Source: a virus (taxonomy: Duplodnaviria; Caudoviricetes). Taken from it: a stretch of DNA of 58,592 bases. Positions within the stretch are counted from its first letter, which is position 1, and every line of letters begins with the position of its first letter. A program made the position numbers and the translations under genes. Where the stretch lies: the IMG/VR virus record IMGVR_UViG_3300049011_000013, positions 1 to 58,592 of that record. One strand, written 5' to 3'. The notes beneath the pieces were generated by a model. That model was not told where the DNA came from, searched no databases, and saw nothing but the letters and a program-made list of their open reading frames with translations. Positions 18,602 through 27,615 of this stretch are shown one piece after another.

Positions 18602-19354
18602 ATGAGTGAAGTAATCGAAAACGGTCAACTGGTAGTTCGCCCGGAGACGCCGCTTACTGCGCCAAGCCAATCTGTCGGTCCCGCTGATCTGCTTCGCTAT
18701 GCGTTGGATAGCGGCGCGGATTTGGACCGCCTGGAAAAGCTTATGGAACTGCAAGAGCGCCATGAGGCCAACAAGGCACGCATGGCTTTCGTTGAGGCTA
18801 TGGCCGAGTTCAAAAAGACCGCGCCGACCATCTACAAGGAGAAGAATGTTTCGTTCTCCGGTACTAGCTATAACCATGCCACGCTCGGCGGCATCTGCGA
18901 GGCTGTGATTGGCCTGCTTGCGGCGAACGGCATCAGCCACGACTGGGACACGAAGCAGCCTGAGAGCGGCATGATCGTTGTCACCTGTACGCTTACCCAC
19001 AAGCTGGGCCACAGCAAGTCCACGTCCTTGGAAGCGCCACCGGACAACTCTGGAAAGAAGAACGGCATTCAGCAGATTTCCTCCGCGATTACTTACCTCC
19101 AGCGCTACAGCCTCTTGGGCGCCTGCGGCCTCGCGACCAGTGATATGCCGGACGATGACGGCGCTGGGCATGGCCAAGTGCGCGAAACTCCGCAAGCGCC
19201 ACCAGTCAAGGAGCCGCTCAACAGCAAGCGCTTCGATCAGGCGGTTGCCTCTATTGCTGCTGGTGACTACACCACAAAGGAAATGCGCGACTACTACGCC
19301 TTGACCACTGATCAACTGGTCGTCCTGGCTGATATGGACTCGAAGGCAAAATGA
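18602..19354 (+). CDS. erf: ERF-family single-strand annealing protein
   Basis: Q...SAITYLQRYSL..A.GLA....DDDG ERF motif. Confidence 0.85.
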   Translation: MSEVIENGQLVVRPETPLTAPSQSVGPADLLRYALDSGADLDRLEKLMELQERHEANKARMAFVEAMAEFKKTAPTIYKEKNVSFSGTSYNHATLGGICEAVIGLLAANGISHDWDTKQPESGMIVVTCTLTHKLGHSKSTSLEAPPDNSGKKNGIQQISSAITYLQRYSLLGACGLATSDMPDDDGAGHGQVRETPQAPPVKEPLNSKRFDQAVASIAAGDYTTKEMRDYYALTTDQLVVLADMDSKAK

Positions 19355-20082
19355 TTCGATTCCATCCATCCAGCGTCGGCCTTTTGATGAGCGACGCGCA
19401 ATCGGTCGATCTCGCCATTCTTCCGCCTGATCTACTTGAGATCGCGCGCAAGTCGCGCAAGTCTGCCGCCGACACTGATCGCCTTCTTCCGTACAAGGAG
19501 CTATCCCTGTCGGCCGGCGCGAAGTCCTATTTGATGGGTCTCGCAAAGGAGTTTGTGTTTGGCTATCACAAGGTGGTAACGACCAAGTTTATGGACAAGG
19601 GTTTGCTACTTGAAGATGAGGCAATCGCCTTTATCAACAAGATGCGATTCAAGAGCTACGCAAAGAACACCGAGCGGCGCGTCAGCCAATACTTGACTGG
19701 CGAGTGCGATATCTACGAACCAGGCGTCAAGACCATCGATACCAAGGTCGCATGGGACTTGTCAACGTTCCCGGCCCTGAGTTCTGAGGCGCACGATCCG
19801 CTCTATATGTGGCAAGGCGTCAGCTACATGAAGCTCTGGCCAGACGTTCATGAGCATGAAGTGGCTTTCATCATGCTCGACACGCCGGACGATCTGCGCA
19901 AGTGGGAGCAGCCAGAACTGCATGAAGTCAGCCACATCGACCCGGCGCTACGAATTACCAGCATCACTTACAAGCGCGACCCAACGTTAGAGCAAAAGCT
20001 TGACGCCAAGTGCGCCGTTGCTCACAACTACCTAATGGACCTGGTAGCCCAAATCAAACTAGAACATCGAGAGGCCGCATGA
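19351..20082 (+). CDS. phage exonuclease (lambda-exo/YqaJ-like)
   Basis: M.KG..LE.EAI, GECD, IDTK and Y.WQ..Y motifs; coupled to erf. Confidence 0.75.
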   Translation: MIRFHPSSVGLLMSDAQSVDLAILPPDLLEIARKSRKSAADTDRLLPYKELSLSAGAKSYLMGLAKEFVFGYHKVVTTKFMDKGLLLEDEAIAFINKMRFKSYAKNTERRVSQYLTGECDIYEPGVKTIDTKVAWDLSTFPALSSEAHDPLYMWQGVSYMKLWPDVHEHEVAFIMLDTPDDLRKWEQPELHEVSHIDPALRITSITYKRDPTLEQKLDAKCAVAHNYLMDLVAQIKLEHREAA

Positions 20083-21254
20083 ACGCCGAGACCAAAACCG
20101 AGCTGCAAGCCATCACACAAAGCGCAGTCGATGCGATGGCCGTTGTCACGCTGTCGCCAGAGAAGTACGCCGCCGAGGTCTACCAGCCGTTCAAGGCCAA
20201 GCTTGCATCGGCCATCGACAGCGTGCGCGCCATCGACTACGACATCAAGACCACAGCAGGCATGCAAGTCGCCATCAAGGCCCGCGCCCTGTTCCGCGAT
20301 CTACGCGTTGATGCCGACAAAGAGCGCAAGGCCCGCAAGGAGCCAATCACCAAGATTGGCAAGCTGCTGGAATCGGGCTTCGACGGCGTGGAGGAACTGA
20401 TCACGCCGCTGGAACTGCTGTTCGACGCCGATATCAAGGCCGAGGAAGGCCGCAAGGAGACCGAGCGGCTTGCAAAGGTGGCTGCCGAGCGCGCCAGAAT
20501 CGAAGGCTTGCAGGCCAAAATCCAAGCCATCCGCGACCTCGCCCTAGCCGCCACTGGCAAACCTTCCGCGACCATCAAGGCGCTGCTCGAAACGCTGGCC
20601 GGCACGGAAGTCGAAGCCGAGACCTTCGCGGACTTCACCGAGGATGCGCGCAAAGCCGTTTGCGAAACCGCCCTGCACCTTGAAGAACTGTTCGCTACCG
20701 CCGACGCTGCCGAGAAGGCCGAAGTAGCGCGCCTCGCCGCTGTCGCCGCCGAACAGGAGCGCATTGCTGGCGAACGTGCCGAGCTTGCCCGTCAACAGGC
20801 CGAGCTTGCCGCCGCGAAGGCCGCACAGGACGCCGCAGCCGCCGCCGAGCGCCTCGCTATCCAGAAAGAGCAAGCGCGCCTTGCAGAGGTCGCGGAAGAA
20901 GCCGAGCGCCGCGCCAAGGCTGAACAGGTCGAGCGCGCCATCGAAGCCGCTTATACGAAGCGCCAGCTTGAGGCGCAGGCAAAGCAGATTGCGGAGGAGC
21001 GCGCGAAACTGGAAGCCGAGAAGGAAGAAGCGCGGGTAGCGATGCTGCCTGTGGAGCCGCTGTTGGAAGTGCGGGAAACAATCGTCACACTGCCGGAAGA
21101 TGGCTGCTTGGTCGTAGGCGAGGATAACTCCCTCGCCTACGCACCCGACGCCGAAACGCTGGTAATGATCGTCGCCAACGAGCTCGGGACGGATCGCGCC
21201 ACCGCGCTTGCCTGGCTGCTCGAAGCTGACTTTGAATCACTGGCGGTGGCATGA
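20079..21254 (+). CDS. coiled-coil protein (DUF1351-like)
   Basis: long Ala/Glu coiled coil; K.RK..KEP motif. Confidence 0.6.
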   Translation: MNAETKTELQAITQSAVDAMAVVTLSPEKYAAEVYQPFKAKLASAIDSVRAIDYDIKTTAGMQVAIKARALFRDLRVDADKERKARKEPITKIGKLLESGFDGVEELITPLELLFDADIKAEEGRKETERLAKVAAERARIEGLQAKIQAIRDLALAATGKPSATIKALLETLAGTEVEAETFADFTEDARKAVCETALHLEELFATADAAEKAEVARLAAVAAEQERIAGERAELARQQAELAAAKAAQDAAAAAERLAIQKEQARLAEVAEEAERRAKAEQVERAIEAAYTKRQLEAQAKQIAEERAKLEAEKEEARVAMLPVEPLLEVRETIVTLPEDGCLVVGEDNSLAYAPDAETLVMIVANELGTDRATALAWLLEADFESLAVA

Positions 21255-21541
21255 ACCGAATCACATTCGACCAGCCCGGCGACTTCCAGGCGCAATACGC
21301 TGCCGAGCGCTGGCTTCGGGAACGCGGCTTCTCGATAGGCTCGTCACAAGGCGATTCGCCTCGCGCAATCTGGCACGGCGACTGCTATATCTCGAAGTGG
21401 CGCGGCCTGAGTGCGGCCGACAAGGCTGAAATGCACGCGCAGATGCTTGGCAATGGGCGCAATGGTCCGGTGCATATCGAACTGTGCGCAGGGGCGACGC
21501 CTGCGGCAATCGCGGCATTCGGCGCGGGGAATCCACCTTGA
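21251..21541 (+). CDS. phage hypothetical protein
   Basis: GDF.A..AAE.WL...G.S.GS.Q...P...I.KWR motif; coupled. Confidence 0.65.
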   Translation: MNRITFDQPGDFQAQYAAERWLRERGFSIGSSQGDSPRAIWHGDCYISKWRGLSAADKAEMHAQMLGNGRNGPVHIELCAGATPAAIAAFGAGNPP

Positions 21542-21999
21542 CGCAAATCGTCCTCATGAAGGTATCCAACGTTCTGTCGCCCTACGACGAAGCGGCGGCG
21601 GCATTCATCCAGAAAATGAAGGTTGGCGAGTTGGCGCATTCGGACTTCCGCCGTGTTCGCAATTACAAGTTTCACAAGAAGTATTTCGCGCTGATCGGTT
21701 TCGCGTTTGATATGTGGGAGCCGAGCGGCGAATTAACGTACCAAGGCCAGCCGGTCCAGAAGACCAAGGAGCGTTTCCGTAAGGATGTCGCGATCTTGGC
21801 TGGCTTCTTCGAGACGACGATCAACATTCGCGGTGAGGTGCGGCTTGAGGCGAAAAGCATTTCGTTCGCACAGATGGATGAAATTGAGTTTGAGATTCTG
21901 TACAGCGCGACTATCGATGTGATCTTGTCGCGCATCCTGACGCGGTACTCGAAAGAGCAACTGGAAAACACGATCAACCAGCTTTTGGAATTTACATGA
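21538..21999 (+). CDS. DUF1367-family protein
   Basis: RNYKFHKKYFAL...F..W and KSISFAQMDE.EF..LY; TTG start overlapping the upstream stop. Confidence 0.8.
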   Translation: MTQIVLMKVSNVLSPYDEAAAAFIQKMKVGELAHSDFRRVRNYKFHKKYFALIGFAFDMWEPSGELTYQGQPVQKTKERFRKDVAILAGFFETTINIRGEVRLEAKSISFAQMDEIEFEILYSATIDVILSRILTRYSKEQLENTINQLLEFT

Positions 22000-22348
22000 C
22001 CACCGAATACGCCCCGCTCGATCCGGACAGCTACAAGCACGCGGCAGTGCTCCACAAAGCGCTTCATGCGGCCCATCCGGTGCTTTGGGACGGCAAGGTC
22101 GGCTACATCCAGGTAATCATCTCGCGCCTCGCTGGCGGCCGCGTTGAGACCGAGGCTTATCTGACTGGCAATCCGCAGTGCATCGATATCAAGGACATCG
22201 CACTCTATGAAAACGCTTGACATTTTCGCACCGCAGGAGCAACCTATCTATGTCGCTGAGAAAAAGGCGACCGGGATTGGTCTCCTGAGAAACCGCGTGG
22301 CACGAAGCCGCGCTAACAACGTGGCTTTTTCATTGCCTGCTGCCCTCA

Positions 22349-22428
22349 ATGGCGGCTTGGTGGGAGAGCTTCGGCTCGCCGGTTCGCTCATGCGGTTCCC
22401 GGTAGACCAATCCTGTCAAGCCGCCGCC
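22349..22428 (+). ncRNA. c4: C4 (P1/P7 c4, P4 CI-type) antisense RNA
   Basis: outer stem GGCGGCTTGGTGGGA / TCCTGTCAAGCCGCC, GAGC-TTCG-GCTC hairpin, CCGG stem, AGACCAATCC single strand; complementary targets upstream (22274-22283, 22291-22299) and downstream (22431-22440, 22463-22472); TTGACA at 22217. Confidence 0.8.
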
Positions 22429-22482
22429 CCGAATTGGTCTTCGTTGCGTCGGTTTCCAAACCGAACCGCATGGAGCCACATC

Positions 22483-22716
22483 ATGAAATTCCTCTTGCTT
22501 TTCCTCGCCTGCGGCGCTGCGCAAGCTGCCGACACGCACGTCCTGACTATCGAATTGCGCGATCCCGCTGCGAAGCCGCAGACGGTCAACTACCCGCCGA
22601 TGTCAAAGGTGAAGTGCGAGCGCGCCAAGGCGGATGACCTCAAGGCGTTGGCAATCGAGCCGCGTGGCTATCGTCTTGTCAGTGCGAAGTGCCTGCCTGC
22701 TGGGGGTGTGCAATGA
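22483..22716 (+). CDS. small secreted protein directly downstream of the C4 target
   Basis: GGAG RBS adjacent to the C4 target; signal peptide MKFLLLFLACGAAQA; two Cys in the mature part. Confidence 0.6.
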   Translation: MKFLLLFLACGAAQAADTHVLTIELRDPAAKPQTVNYPPMSKVKCERAKADDLKALAIEPRGYRLVSAKCLPAGGVQ

Positions 22717-23624
22717 CCGTCGCCACCCTCAACGTTATCCAGACCGCTGGCAGCAAGGTCTTCGATCTGTCGCTCGGCGCGCTTGCTGCGGACCTTCCTG
22801 CCGGCGAGTATCCGCTGTGCCTGGTGGACGCGGCGAACGCTGCCATTAACGATGCGCTGGCCGCCAAGCCATCCTCCATCCAACCAGTCGCCCACTTGAG
22901 CCTGCACGCTACCGCTGGCGCCCGTCACACCGCCCTGGGCATCAAGGCAGCAGCGAATGAACTGCCTGATGGCGAGTACGATCTGTACGCATCTCTCCCC
23001 ACCCAGCCAGTAGCAGAGGGCTGCGAGGAACTGGCAGCCGCTTCTGAGCGCGCAGTTGAGTACACCATGGCCGCCGTGCAGTGCTACGCGGAAGAATGGC
23101 GGAACAATCGCCACGAAGACGCCTGCAACACGCGAGACCGCATCCGCAACATGCTGCAAGCCGATGCAAAGTTGCTCGCTGACCGCGCCCAATTGGCCGA
23201 GCGCGTGGCGTACTACGAGGAGTTGCACGGCGCATTAGAGCGCATTCGACAGGTCGATCCGAAGTTCACGCCAGAGTGGGCAGCAAGCGTAATAGCTGGC
23301 AAGGCTCACACTCCCCAGCCGCACGCCGACGAAGTCGCGAAAGGTGGGGAGAGGGGTCGGTGTACGAGGCTGAAGAAAATCGCTGAGTGGCTGAAATCGA
23401 GCGCGCAAGATCAACAAGTCGGGCCTGACGAGTGGGCGCCTGCTAGTCAGTTCGATTATGAGCTTGGGCAGGCAGGCGCGGAAATCGACGAGATCGTATC
23501 AATCTGCACCAAAGAATGCCGTGGCGATTGCGCCCTATGCCGCAACTGGTACGAGCGCTCCAATAAAGCCGCAGCCAAGAATGTCGCCCCACCATCACCA
23601 GCAGAGGACGGTGGCAATGGCTAA
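22713..23624 (+). CDS. mosaic hypothetical protein (linker blocks A-D)
   Basis: ATGA-coupled; shares blocks A, B and C with 24877-26427 and block D with 26427-26642. Confidence 0.65.
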   Translation: MTVATLNVIQTAGSKVFDLSLGALAADLPAGEYPLCLVDAANAAINDALAAKPSSIQPVAHLSLHATAGARHTALGIKAAANELPDGEYDLYASLPTQPVAEGCEELAAASERAVEYTMAAVQCYAEEWRNNRHEDACNTRDRIRNMLQADAKLLADRAQLAERVAYYEELHGALERIRQVDPKFTPEWAASVIAGKAHTPQPHADEVAKGGERGRCTRLKKIAEWLKSSAQDQQVGPDEWAPASQFDYELGQAGAEIDEIVSICTKECRGDCALCRNWYERSNKAAAKNVAPPSPAEDGGNG

Positions 23625-24533
23625 AGTTATTCTCACCTGCGATGAAGTTAGATCAATTTTCGATTATGACGCTGTGGCGGGCGGGCTGCGCTATCGGGAT
23701 GGTCATGGAAGAGTAAAGAAGGGCAGTTTGGCAGGTTCAATTACCAGCCATGGGTACACAAAAATCGTGATTCTTGGCGGGGATCATTTAGCGCATCGTC
23801 TGATTTGGCTGCATGTATATGGGACTTATCCAAAAACTTCGCTTGACCACATAAATCATGTGAGGAATGACAATCGAATTGAGAATTTACGGGAAGCTGA
23901 CGCCTCGGAAAATATGCAAAATCGTCGGCTTAACGGGCCGTACTGGTCGGGTCATGTTGGGGTTATTTGGAGTAAGAAAAGTAGGAAATGGGTGGCCCGA
24001 ATTGCGGTTCGCATGAAGCAGATCCAGGTTGGTACGTTTGACGACATTAACGACGCGATTGCCGCTCGCAAAGAGGCTGTAAAGAAGTACCACCCATTTG
24101 CACCAAAGGAATCCCCATGACCGACCTGACCGCAATGCGCGCCACCTATGAGACGTGGGCCACCGAATGGCACGGGCGCGACTTCATCCTCAAGAACACA
24201 TCAGGCAGCTATTGCGTTGCCTCTGTCGAGCATGACTGGCGCGTGTGGCAAGCCGCCTGGAACGCAAAGCCAGCAGCCCAAGTATCGGAGGCGGTGGCTT
24301 GGATGCCGCAGTTCTTCAAAGGCGACCGTGTTGAAGTGGTTAACCCGCACGGGCACATCTACAAGGCGACGATTACAAAATCCGAAACGCGGTGGTGCGC
24401 AAAGCACAGGCCGTACATTTTCTACACGGTGCAGGCCGATGGCGAGACCGCGAAAAGCATCATTGTTGCCAGTGCCATCCACACCAAGCCTGTCGCAGCC
24501 CACCCCGCTACCGAGCAAGCCGATGTGCCGACA
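22868..24533 (+). repeat. copy 1 of seven conserved blocks (A-G)
   Basis: A 22868-23035, B 23183-23210, C 23309-23347, D 23590-23609, E 24115-24144, F 24246-24297, G 24495-24533. Confidence 0.9.
23617..24120 (+). CDS. HNH homing endonuclease with AP2-like domain
   Basis: AHRLIW...LDHINH.RNDNRIENLR; GV.W.K...KW.ARI; lower GC than neighbours. Confidence 0.9.
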   Translation: MAKVILTCDEVRSIFDYDAVAGGLRYRDGHGRVKKGSLAGSITSHGYTKIVILGGDHLAHRLIWLHVYGTYPKTSLDHINHVRNDNRIENLREADASENMQNRRLNGPYWSGHVGVIWSKKSRKWVARIAVRMKQIQVGTFDDINDAIAARKEAVKKYHPFAPKESP

Positions 24534-24659
24534 TGGCAGGAGCGTGTCAAAAGAGAGTTGCCAGAATTGGATTTCAAGTGGTTGCAGCCCGCATATCAGA
24601 TCAAGGAAATGCAGGCCGAAATCGCCGACCTTCGCGCCGCGCTGGCACAGAAAGGATAG
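24117..24659 (+). CDS. mosaic hypothetical protein (blocks E-G)
   Basis: MTDLTAMRA, WQAAWNA..AAQVSEAV and AAHPATEQADVPT shared with 26953-27438. Confidence 0.7.
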   Translation: MTDLTAMRATYETWATEWHGRDFILKNTSGSYCVASVEHDWRVWQAAWNAKPAAQVSEAVAWMPQFFKGDRVEVVNPHGHIYKATITKSETRWCAKHRPYIFYTVQADGETAKSIIVASAIHTKPVAAHPATEQADVPTWQERVKRELPELDFKWLQPAYQIKEMQAEIADLRAALAQKG

Positions 24660-24661
24660 CC

Positions 24662-24880
24662 ATGAACTACCCGATCCCAAGCAAGCACATGAAGGCGGCC
24701 ATGGACGCGCAAAGCAACCTCAACATCCTCGCAGCGATTGAGAAGATTCTTGAGGGTGGCACGTTCCACGGCGAGTGCGCAGCGCAGCGCAAGATCATCG
24801 CCATCTGCAAACAAGAACAGCAACGCCAGCTTGGCCTGATGGATCGGGCCGTCGCGGCGATTAATAAGGACACCCAATGA
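24662..24880 (+). CDS. hypothetical protein
   Basis: AAGGA RBS; ATGA overlap with the next gene. Confidence 0.55.
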   Translation: MNYPIPSKHMKAAMDAQSNLNILAAIEKILEGGTFHGECAAQRKIIAICKQEQQRQLGLMDRAVAAINKDTQ

Positions 24881-26427
24881 ACACCACCAATCCAGAATTG
24901 CCACCGCTGCCAATAGCAACAAGCACCCACACTATGCTTCACGGCTTCACCTCGCAGCAGATGCACGCCTACGCCCTCTCTGCCATCGCCCTCGCCAGCA
25001 AGGAAGCGCCCACCGAGTTCAGCGACCACGATAAGGGCATCATTGCTGATATCGAGGCCATGGCAAAGAGCCATCACACTGGCTGGTGGTCGCGCGCATT
25101 GGCATCAGCCGCGCTGCGAATCATTCGCCGTGAAGGGCCCGCCCCTGTACTGGCAGCAGAGGCGGCAAGTGTGGATACGGTGCAAGATGACGAAATCATC
25201 AAGCGCTTCGAGGCAGTAATTGCGCAAGATTTAGACGCCTATACTCGCGCTGGCGAAACCGTCTATCAGGTTACGCGCACTGAAATATTGGCGTACACCC
25301 GCGCCCACGTCAGCGCCCTCGCCAATAGCAAGACGGAAGCGGCGGTGGTGTCGGTTGGTATTTCGGATACGTGGATCGAGAACCAGCGCAATCAATCAAA
25401 TCTGACCAAATTCAATGAGCGCGAAGTTTTCCAGCATTTCGCACGTGCTGTAGAGCGCGAGACGTTGCGACGTACTGCGACCACCCCGGCCGCACCCATA
25501 GATGTGGCAGCGAGTGCGGAGAGCATCGACAACAACGAATTCAACGCACTGATCGAGAAAATGTGCGATGGATTCCATAATAGTATTCCTCCGTATCTCG
25601 CTGCACGCAAACAGGTGATCGAGCACATCAACGACCACGTTGCCGCTCAAGTAGGCGCGAAGCAGGCCGAGATTGACCGCCTAATGCTCGAATTCTGCCC
25701 CGACGAAATGGCGGAAGATCAGACCATCGAATGGGCCAATAACCAGCGCTGCGCCATCCCTGCTGCCGCCCCAGCTACGCCGAGCGATACGCTGATCCGT
25801 GATTTGGTCAAACTGTGGGACTCGCCAAGCGTTTCGGAGGACGACCACAACGAGGAAATGTGCCGCATTGAAGATGCGATGCGCAAGGCCGCCGCCCGGC
25901 CATCCTCCATCCAGCCAGTCGCCCACCTGAGCCTGCACGCTACCGCCGGCGCCCGCCACATCGCCCTGGGCATCAAGGCAGCGGCGAATGAACTGCCTGA
26001 TGGTGAGTATGACCTGTTCACCTCTCTCCCATCCCAGCCAGTAGCAGAGGGCTACGAGGAACTGGCGCTGCCTGAACCGCTCGAAATCGACTGGCCAGTG
26101 CTGCACAGCACCGCTCTCGGATGCGGCGTCGAGGATCGCGGCTTGCATGGCCGTTATGAATGCGCCGAATACGGCTTCCAGGAGGGCGTCGATCAGGCCG
26201 CATCACGGGTGCCGGACGACATCTACGACTCGGCAACCGTCCGCGAGATTCAGTGCGAAGCATTCGAGGCGGGCCGCGCCCAATTGGCCGAGCGCGTGGC
26301 GGTACTGGAAGCGGCGTTGGGGTTCTACGCCGATCCGAAGAGCAATTGCCCCGGCGCGCTTGCTCGCGAGGTACTCGCCGCCACTCCCCAGCCGCACGCC
26401 GACGAAGCCGCGAAAGGTGGTGTGTGA
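24877..26427 (+). CDS. large mosaic hypothetical protein (blocks A-C at the C-terminus)
   Basis: short helical modules separated by Ala/Pro linkers. Confidence 0.7.
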   Translation: MNTTNPELPPLPIATSTHTMLHGFTSQQMHAYALSAIALASKEAPTEFSDHDKGIIADIEAMAKSHHTGWWSRALASAALRIIRREGPAPVLAAEAASVDTVQDDEIIKRFEAVIAQDLDAYTRAGETVYQVTRTEILAYTRAHVSALANSKTEAAVVSVGISDTWIENQRNQSNLTKFNEREVFQHFARAVERETLRRTATTPAAPIDVAASAESIDNNEFNALIEKMCDGFHNSIPPYLAARKQVIEHINDHVAAQVGAKQAEIDRLMLEFCPDEMAEDQTIEWANNQRCAIPAAAPATPSDTLIRDLVKLWDSPSVSEDDHNEEMCRIEDAMRKAAARPSSIQPVAHLSLHATAGARHIALGIKAAANELPDGEYDLFTSLPSQPVAEGYEELALPEPLEIDWPVLHSTALGCGVEDRGLHGRYECAEYGFQEGVDQAASRVPDDIYDSATVREIQCEAFEAGRAQLAERVAVLEAALGFYADPKSNCPGALAREVLAATPQPHADEAAKGGV

Positions 26428-26642
26428 TGGCAAAGTTGACCAAGGCAGCTATCGCCATGCTTGAAACGGCTGGCTGCACGGAGGTGGCAGACGACTACCT
26501 CATCCTGTTCAATAGCGACGTGACCGTGCTGCTGTCGAGCAAAGCGGTGGGCGACCTTAACCGCCAGGCTGCGGACAGACCTGCTTCCCAGGATGTGGGC
26601 ACACTCCCCGCCTCACCATCACCAGCAGAGGACAAGACATGA
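26427..26642 (+). CDS. hypothetical protein ending in block D
   Basis: TGATG coupling; MAKLTKAAIAML...SPSPAEDKT. Confidence 0.55.
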   Translation: MAKLTKAAIAMLETAGCTEVADDYLILFNSDVTVLLSSKAVGDLNRQAADRPASQDVGTLPASPSPAEDKT

Positions 26643-26956
26643 GCGACCGCGAATTATTGGAACTGGCAGCGAAAGCGGCGGGATACTCCCCGGCAGTAGT
26701 CACCGATGACGGTGTTGTGTTCTTGCGTGGCGTGCGCGTGAAGTGGAGCCCGCTCACCGACGACGGCGACGCTCTGCGGTTGGCTGCGGCTTTGCGGCTG
26801 AGCATTCACCCAGGGAAGCACAAGGGTGATGGCTGCACCGTCGAAACGCAGCGCAGCGGAATCGCTGGTTGTACCGCCTTTTATGACGACAAGGCCAACC
26901 AGATGCGCCAAGCCATCGTCCGCGCCGCCGCTGAAATCGGAAGGGCGATGCCATGA
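26639..26956 (+). CDS. phage hypothetical protein, paralog of 1574-1903
   Basis: MSDRELLELAAKAAG...WSPLTDDGDALRLA...IVRAAAEIG. Confidence 0.75.
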   Translation: MSDRELLELAAKAAGYSPAVVTDDGVVFLRGVRVKWSPLTDDGDALRLAAALRLSIHPGKHKGDGCTVETQRSGIAGCTAFYDDKANQMRQAIVRAAAEIGRAMP

Positions 26957-27438
26957 CCGACCTGACCGCAATGCGCGCCAAATTCGAGGCGACGTACGGA
27001 CCGAAGAAAGAGTTCGCGTGGCGCAACCCAAGCGGCTCCTACAAAATGGCCGCGCTTGAGAGCGCGTGGGAAATCTGGCAAGCCGCCTGGAACGCCAGGC
27101 TAGCAGCCCAAGTATCGGAGGCGGTGGATTTGCACGCTGCGATTATGAATCTGCCGTGCGATCTTGAGAAATGCACCAGCAAGGATTGGGTTATGGCGTT
27201 CAAAGTTGGACACAAGGTTGCTCGCCACGCCGCCGCAGAACTTGCTGCAGCCCACCCCGCTACCGAGCAAGCCGATGTGCCGACAAGCGATGCGGGCCGC
27301 TTCCGGTTCGAGCATACGGAGCATGACGCAATGGCGCGCATTGAGTGCAAGGCATGGGGCGATCCAGCATCAGTGAACAACATTGATTGGTGGCGCGCTG
27401 AAATTGACGCAGCCATGAAGCCAAAGGAGGGGATGTGA
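26953..27438 (+). CDS. mosaic hypothetical protein (blocks E-G)
   Basis: paralog of 24117-24659 with different inserts. Confidence 0.7.
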   Translation: MTDLTAMRAKFEATYGPKKEFAWRNPSGSYKMAALESAWEIWQAAWNARLAAQVSEAVDLHAAIMNLPCDLEKCTSKDWVMAFKVGHKVARHAAAELAAAHPATEQADVPTSDAGRFRFEHTEHDAMARIECKAWGDPASVNNIDWWRAEIDAAMKPKEGM

Positions 27439-27614
27439 ATAGTCCAAAACCAAAATACGTGACCTTGCAGGAATGGGCTGCTACCATGTTCTCAAAGGTG
27501 CCGCACAATAACACCCTACTTCGCTGGGTGCATGATGGGCGCATCCAGCCGCAGCCGCGCAAGATTGGCAAGCACTGGCAAGTGCGGCCGAATGCGGAGT
27601 ACACATCGGACTAA
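27435..27614 (+). CDS. xis: excisionase (lambda Xis family), absent from the ORF track
   Basis: GTG start after AGGAGG; YVTLQEWAATMFSKVPHNNTLLRWVHDGRIQPQPRKIGKHW resembles lambda Xis; immediately upstream of int. Confidence 0.85.
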   Translation: MNSPKPKYVTLQEWAATMFSKVPHNNTLLRWVHDGRIQPQPRKIGKHWQVRPNAEYTSD

Positions 27615-27615
27615 T

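Larger units (their letters stand above)
25899..27285 (+). repeat. copy 2 of seven conserved blocks (A-G)
   Basis: A 25899-26066, B 26274-26301, C 26382-26420, D 26614-26633, E 26951-26980, F 27076-27127, G 27247-27285. Confidence 0.9.

Noticed and set aside
22207-22716. 169-aa ORF listed on the minus strand in the track
   Set aside because: The translation MKTLDIF... reads on the plus strand from the ATG at 22207. Its first half is the ash-like frame over the C4 RNA, and the credible gene starts at 22483.
22868-27285. CRISPR array, DGR template/variable repeats, or shufflon
   Set aside because: The blocks differ from each other and occur only twice. There are no cas genes, reverse transcriptase, adenine-specific mismatch pattern or inverted recombination sites.
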